A stretch of DNA of 64,000 nucleotides from Lama guanicoe (lineage: Eukaryota), in NCBI GenBank assembly GCA_013239625.1, contig MU054662.1, positions 13,133,798 to 13,197,797 on the forward strand, in the 5' to 3' direction. The notes below the pieces were generated by a model that was not told the origin of the DNA, did no database searches, and worked only from the letters and a program-made list of their open reading frames with translations. Every line of letters starts with the position of its first letter. Position 1 is the first letter of the stretch. A program made the translations under genes and the position numbers. This document shows, in pieces, positions 58,006 to 64,000 of this stretch.

Positions 58006-60259
58006 ACTCCGTCTACACAGCCAGCGCCCTTTCATCAGGACTCCGCTTCCCCTCGATGGAAAATGGTCCTTCGTGTTTTTCAGAGACCTCATCCTCTGGT
58101 GAGAGGAAGGGCAGCCTGGGATCTGGAGACCCTGATTCTGCCTGTGACTCTACGCCTCCTAGGGGGTGACAGTCCCTGGCTGGCCTCGCCCCCCGTCCGC
58201 CAAGGGAGAGAAGGCTGGGGCTGACGGCCCCTGGGGCTCTCCTGGCAGCGCCGAGGGACTTGTAGAGGGCAACTCCGCACCTGGCGCCGGAAGGGACACC
58301 GCTGAGCAGCCAGACGGCCTTTCCTGTGCGGCTTCTCGTGCCTCAGCGCCGTCTCCTGAGGCAGCACGAGGGCACCGGCAGGCCCGGACCCTAGTCTCCT
58401 GTTTCGGGGCCTCATTTTCCGTGCAGCTTCAGGAAGTTTTATTCTGTAGCGGGTCTGGTAAGCCCTGCGTACACCATCGGACGGTACAGCACGTCACCGC
58501 CAAAGCGCCTTTGGCTAATCAGCGCATGCAAAGGGCTGAGCCATTCTGGCCAAGGGGCTCATCTAATGCACTAGGCTGGAGGTGAAAACCAGCCCTGCTT
58601 TCCTCGTCGGCATCCCGGACGCTCCTGGGATCTGGCAGGTGGGCCAAATGCCAGGCCAGCGAGAGGCCCACGGGGGGGCTCTGTTCAAAGCAGCAGAGAG
58701 GGGCTCACGTCCACACGCGACGCATGCCAGGCTGGAGGGACGCCAGACAAAGGCGGTCGGGGATGAACTGATTCTTCAGCGGCATCTCTCCACAAGCCCG
58801 ATTCCACCGGAAATGAGGGGAGAGGAGGGCTCTGGGCGCCAAGGCCACGCCCCTCGTTGGGCAGCCGCTCCTTCGTGCTTCAGTGGACAGGAAGCTGCTT
58901 AGCGATGCGATCTTGCCCCGCACTCACCAGGGCTCACCTGTGGTGCCTTGGGCTGGTAGGAGGCTCTGCAAGTGTCAGCTCCATGAATCTGCCACCGGGG
59001 AGGGCAAGACCCTGGAGGGGTTCCTCACCTGAGCTGGGCAGCGAGGGCAGCCCTAAAGCTGGGACGCAGGTCTTCAGGTGCCAGCTTGAGTCTGGCTTCC
59101 CTCTCCTGTGGTTGCTTCACGGAACCACTGCGTGAGCCTCCCCAGGTACTTGGTACCCAGGACAATAGAAGTTTCAATCTCAATAAACATAGACTAAGGA
59201 GAAAGGTGGTTCTTGTCTCAAATCGCGAATCCAGGCTTTGTGACGGGAGGCAGACTTTCCAGCATGGGTTCCACTTCAGGAAACTCACCCGACAGGCACC
59301 AGGGTAGAGGGCGAGGACGACTGAAGATGACGCTGAAAGGCCAAGGAGCGGTGTCTGTGGGCACGTGGCTGGGACAGACACCTGAGAGGGGCCCTTGGAA
59401 AGGTTTTCGCTGCGTCCACCCGCCCTGGCCTCACGGCCTTGACTTTGCAGCCCTAAACCCTGCGGGGCAGAGGTCGCTGACCACCACGAAAGTGCGGCCG
59501 ACGCTCGCAGCGTTGGCGCCAGTCCTGGCTCTGTGGCTTGCCAGCCAAGTGCTCTCAGGCAGAGCGCTTTCAGTCTTCTCCTTGAAAGTAGGGGCAATGC
59601 CCTGGAGTTCTCAGGATAAAGGGTCGCGGTGATCGGGACGGTGTGTGGAGGAAGTGGTCATGCGGCCATGGGGGCTGGCGCCCTGGCCGCTCCATGCCCC
59701 ACCCTCCACTTCTTCGTTGAGGCTAATATTGGCCTATTTCAGTCTTTTCTAAATACGCTGAGCCTGAGGTGAGTGTTGGTGGGTAAGAGTGAGGAGGAGA
59801 GACGGGGGAGATGGGGGCTTGCTGCTGAGAGAGGCCGCAGGCCGTGAGGGCCTAGGAGGGCACGGGCCACCGAGCGGGGACAGGGGGAAGGTCCAGAGCC
59901 AGGCTTCGTAGCAAGTCCAAGGGCAAGGGCCCAGTCTGAGAGGGAAACCGACCCCACTCTGGCCTTGGAAGCCAGGCCGTCCACTCAGCAGGCGTGTGCT
60001 GGTGCCTGCCCCGGCCAGGCTCTGCTCCAGAGAGAAGGGGGCGCACCGTCTCCCACACCACGGAGCCTGCACACCGTCAGGGCCTAGAATACACTCTGCC
60101 CTGGTCTAAATCAATAAGCAAAGACACAACAAATTGTTTTTTAAGCCCTCGCGGATTCTGAGAAGAAAGCCCTTTGAAATAGAACAATGGACATTCCTTG
60201 GATCTCAGGAACACCCCACCTGCTGGATAGTCTGAGAGGACAAGGTTCAGGAGGCATGG

Positions 60260-60480
60260 AGGATGGGGTGTGAATTCTGACTCTGCTCTCACTAGCGGGA
60301 CGGCTTTGGAGAAGACGGTCAACTCTTCTGATACAGGTTTTATTTTTTAAGTTCAAAATATGTGGGGGGGTGGGTCTACCTCCCCTTATAGGGCTGCTCT
60401 GAGGATGAGTTAAAGATGGTACCTAAAATCCCTGAGTATAAGTAAAGGGTGAATAAACTCTGGCTGAATTAGAACCAAGA
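60260..60480 (+). mobile_element. MIR fragment
   Basis: gggtgtgaattctgactctgctctcactagc...ctacctccccttatagggctgctctgaggatgagtta. Confidence 0.6.
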
Positions 60481-63400
60481 TAATAATTACCAGTCTCTAA
60501 AACAGCACCCTTTGTGGGGATCCTGCTTTAAATAAGAGGCCATGTGGATACCAGGTTCTCAGGGACAATTGTCAAACACCAGCTGAGAGCAGACGTGGCT
60601 CTGGTTTAGCAAGCAAGTGACCAGGTCGCTCCTGGCCTGGCCGGGGGGGGGGGGCTCTGACCACAGATGAGGTCTTCCCAGGAAGGCCGGTTATTCCAAG
60701 AAACTGGGTTTAGAAGCCCAGCCCTTTCTGCGGGCAATCGCCACGTTTAAGGGATCTTTATTCGTGGTTGGCCACGACTCAGTCCAACAGTGTGTTTGTT
60801 ACAAGCATCAGACTTAATTCAATACTTTTCAGGGACAACCCCGCCCTTCCTCCTCCACCCGCCTCAAAGCTGCAGATGCATCACCTCCTTCACGCCTGAA
60901 GGTGAGCATCCTTGAAGGGAAAAGCTTGCGTGATGCTACAAAGCCAGGAGACGAACTGTGAATGGCAACAAGGACAAGCAGAGACCTTGGGGACAGACAC
61001 GCAGACGAAAGTAAATACAGAATGCGGAGGTACAGGACGGAAACGATCACGGGGAAAACTCCAGGAACGAGAAATGCTGTCCAAGTCCCTCCGCTGCCAG
61101 GTGCGCTCCGGGCCACGGGGAGGGCTTCCAGCCACGCGGGAGGCCCAGCGGGGTGGACAAGCAAGCAAAGAAAGAGGGGAGCAGACGAAGAAAGCCAAGT
61201 CCACTTGGAGAGGCTACTTACTTTGTTCAGTTAAATACGCTGCACATTATAGACTATTTTTAAAAGCAGATGTGGTTGAGGGCTTAACATGGAATTAACC
61301 TGCGGGCCTAGCTCTCCTGGAAGCAAGAATTGCCCACTGTGTTACAGGGGTGGCCGCCCACCCTCGGGAGTGGCAGGTGTTGAAAATCAAAGTCCCCAAC
61401 TCAGCACAAAGCCCCCAGAAAAATACAGAAGCTTTGGTGAACTCCCACCTTGCAGGGGATTTTGAAGCTCAAATGTGGAGGGTACATTACAAGCCACGAA
61501 GGTACCGAGATGTCACCGTTTTCCTGTCCATGAAAACACAGCCCAGTGCTTCAGCGAGGGGGACGACGGTCCAGCGGACATCCTACAGCAGCAGGTGGAG
61601 GGACCGTCACATCAAGAAAAGAAGAGAAAGCCCACAGGCGAGTTGAGCTCGGTGATACACAGCAAGATCAGGAAGGCGTCTGACGTCTAAGTGGATGCAA
61701 CTTGTTCTGAGATCTGGATGGGTTTTACAAGTATGAATATGAACTATGCAACCTTCCTAATGAGGAAGCAAAAGGATAATGATGCTCTTGGTGATTAAAA
61801 GAGGAGCGAGGAAATCTAATTAGAGGGCGTGTGCCTCACACTTGTTGGTGAAACGTAAACCTATTTGCAGCAGTGCCGGCTGATGAAGGCGCCTCGTTCC
61901 CCGTCAAAGGGACCTTCTCCTCCAGTGTCTTTAATTACAGTGGCAAACACAGCGCTGTGTCGTGGAACAAGGAGGCTTAACCGGGCTTCACAGCTCCAGG
62001 AAGACGTGCAGATAAAGAGGCAAAAAAACCCCCCACAAAAAACGCAGCCATCTTTGTTTTGTTCTTCCACAAAGACCATCGCTTAGAAGTTAGTACCAGA
62101 GGCTCATGCAAGCCCGCCGGCTCATCACAGCCCCAGGAGCGGCGAGGCCCTGGCCCGCGCCGGAGCAGCAGCCCCGCCGTCAGCCCCGCCAGGCGCCCCG
62201 GGTCGGAGCCGAGCGCTCCGGCTGACGGCCGAATGGCAATGACTCAGACGGAGCGGGTGGGGGCGCGGGGGGGACCAGGAGCCTCATCACGAGTGAAATG
62301 TGAAATGTCTGCATATTTTATTTTCCTAATATGTTGACATTTTGCAGGCTGCAGAAATAAGAGTGATTGTGCGGCTGTCATCAGCCAAAAGCCTCCATCT
62401 CCTGCTCTGACTCATCCCCTCCCACCTGGATTTAAACTGTGGATCTGGAAAATAAAAATCATATGCGTTATCAGCAGGAAATGGACAAGCATGTGCAGCT
62501 TTTGATGTCTCTGCAGGAAGAAATCACGCGATGGACGTCTTCCTAAACCGTCTGCTGGGATGTCTGATAGAGCCTCCCTCACAAGAAAGACCCAGTGGAA
62601 AAGCCCTAAATTTCAAATTAGCGCCGGGCTGTGCGGGAGGCTGGAGCGCCAGGGGACGCATCAGGGCAGTAGCGATGTGGCTTCCCTGGGGCGGGGGGGG
62701 GGGAACTGCAAGGGGCTTTGGGTACTGGGCCTTCCTCTGGTTAGCGAGGCGCTTCCCCTGCAGAGAGGCTGTGCGGACACCCCAGTCAACGGAAGATGCC
62801 TTTATTAATCCAACCAGTGCTCACCGGGCAGTAACGGCCGCCAGATACAGGGCTGCACCTCTTAACGCAGAAACAAACACGAACAAATTCCAGCCCGAGG
62901 GCACACAACCTGGAGAATCCAGACTCACCCCAAAGGGTGCAGGATGCGAGGAGCCGCTCGGGGACCCTCTAGCGGAAGAAAAGCCTGTTTGAAGAGCCAG
63001 CCTGACATGTCTGTTTATTCTGGAGAAACGGCCATTAGCAAAAGAGAAGACAGATCTCATCCCCTTGTCTTCCAGGGGCTGCAGAGGCAGGCTGTCTGCA
63101 GGGCTGTGGTGCGGCGGGGCCGGGGCCGGGGCTCGGCCTGAGGAAAACTCTGGAGCCCAGATGCCACCCTGACCCGCACAGTCTGCTATTTCTGTTAGCA
63201 GTGACAAGATGCCTACGTGCTGTCCCCATTCCTGGTCCTTAACTCTTCGTGGAACTAATTTGCGCCGCTGCAGTTTCACAGACAAAGCGCGAGAAGTCGG
63301 GTCTTCTCTCCGCAGCGTCCCCTTTCCCCTCCTGGCTTTGTTTGCCTGCTCAGTCCCTCTCCCCTGCAGCTCCAGGAATCCAGATGCTCACACAGCTCGC

Positions 63401-64000
63401 TGAGCGCCTCATGCCTCCGTGGTGCCGGTGCCGGATGTCACCAAGTTCAGAAGCCTAAGGACAGGGTCGGGGCCTCTGGCTCAAGACCCAGGGGAGGCGG
63501 AGAGTTGGTGACTCCAGAGACGGTGAGCGGCCTTCAAGGGTGGCCAGCAGGCAGACTCCCCCCTCCCCCGGCTGCACGCAGACCGGGCAGGACCCTGGGA
63601 CACCGGGCTCAGGCGGGCCTTCGGAGGCCTCGCCTATCAGGAAGGCGGGCCAGGGCTCTGGTGCTTGAGCAGGTTGCTTCCAGGACGCAGGGCGCCCGTC
63701 GCAGACCCGAGGCCACGGACAACGGGCTTCGGAGCCCTGCCTTCCCTCTGCTTTGCGAGTTCAGAACAGAGCCCTAGACAGCTAGGAAGCAGGCCGGGAC
63801 GCTGTTTCGTTCCGCTGGTCTGTCTCACGGCAGCCCCGGAACAGAGCACACGGCTTGCACCGGAGTTGGCGCAGGAGCGCCGCCTCCACGTCCCGGGACG
63901 GGTCCGCGGGGCACGTCTGCTGCCTCTCACGTCCCGGCGGTTGCCGTCAACTATGAAAGGTGCGCAGCGTAAAGGTCTGAAATGCCGCGGGGGTCGGCGC

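Larger units (their letters stand above)
55389..64000 (-). other. OPCML: 3' part of the last intron of OPCML
   Basis: Upstream (minus sense) of the terminal-exon acceptor; no Ig-domain exon recognised before the window end. Confidence 0.75.

Noticed and set aside
61947-61960. 14-bp palindrome acacagcgctgtgt
   Set aside because: About four are expected by chance (64000/4^7).
55389-64000. Searched for the penultimate OPCML exon (third Ig domain)
   Set aside because: No matching peptide seen; presumably beyond the window end.
1-64000. CRISPR arrays, operons or other prokaryote-type systems
   Set aside because: Sequence is mammalian; tandem repeats lack repeat-spacer structure and no associated genes exist.

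Overview
Mammalian genomic DNA, most likely a camelid: a tRNA-Ala-derived Vic-1-type SINE and artiodactyl-type L1 3' ends are present. The window covers the tail-to-tail junction of two IgLON neural cell-adhesion paralogues. On + is the last coding exon and ~1.7 kb 3'UTR of NTM (neurotrimin; CDS 3795-3901, GPI signal [11 protein letters not shown]...EF*). On - is the last coding exon and ~5.1 kb 3'UTR of OPCML (CDS 55388-55288, GPGAVIDGVNS...FFIKF*). About 44.6 kb of intergenic DNA lies between their inferred poly(A) sites. It contains decayed L1, L2, MIR and MaLR elements, microsatellites, a 132-nt assembly gap and several candidate regulatory elements. Neither real exon appears in the ORF track, and I recognise none of the listed ORFs as a real gene. 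I see no evidence of a wholly new biological system. The most notable observations are: (i) a diverged NTM GPI-anchor signal (CTC/Leu expansion, Arg substitutions); (ii) a strong but patchy AT-to-GC substitution bias, consistent with GC-biased gene conversion; (iii) latent splice donors inside the NTM terminal exon; (iv) an AT-rich island with a duplicated 19-bp palindrome in the OPCML last intron; (v) an E-box minisatellite just beyond the OPCML poly(A) site. Comparisons with human orthologues and repeat consensuses are from memory and need alignment. Repeat boundaries are approximate.
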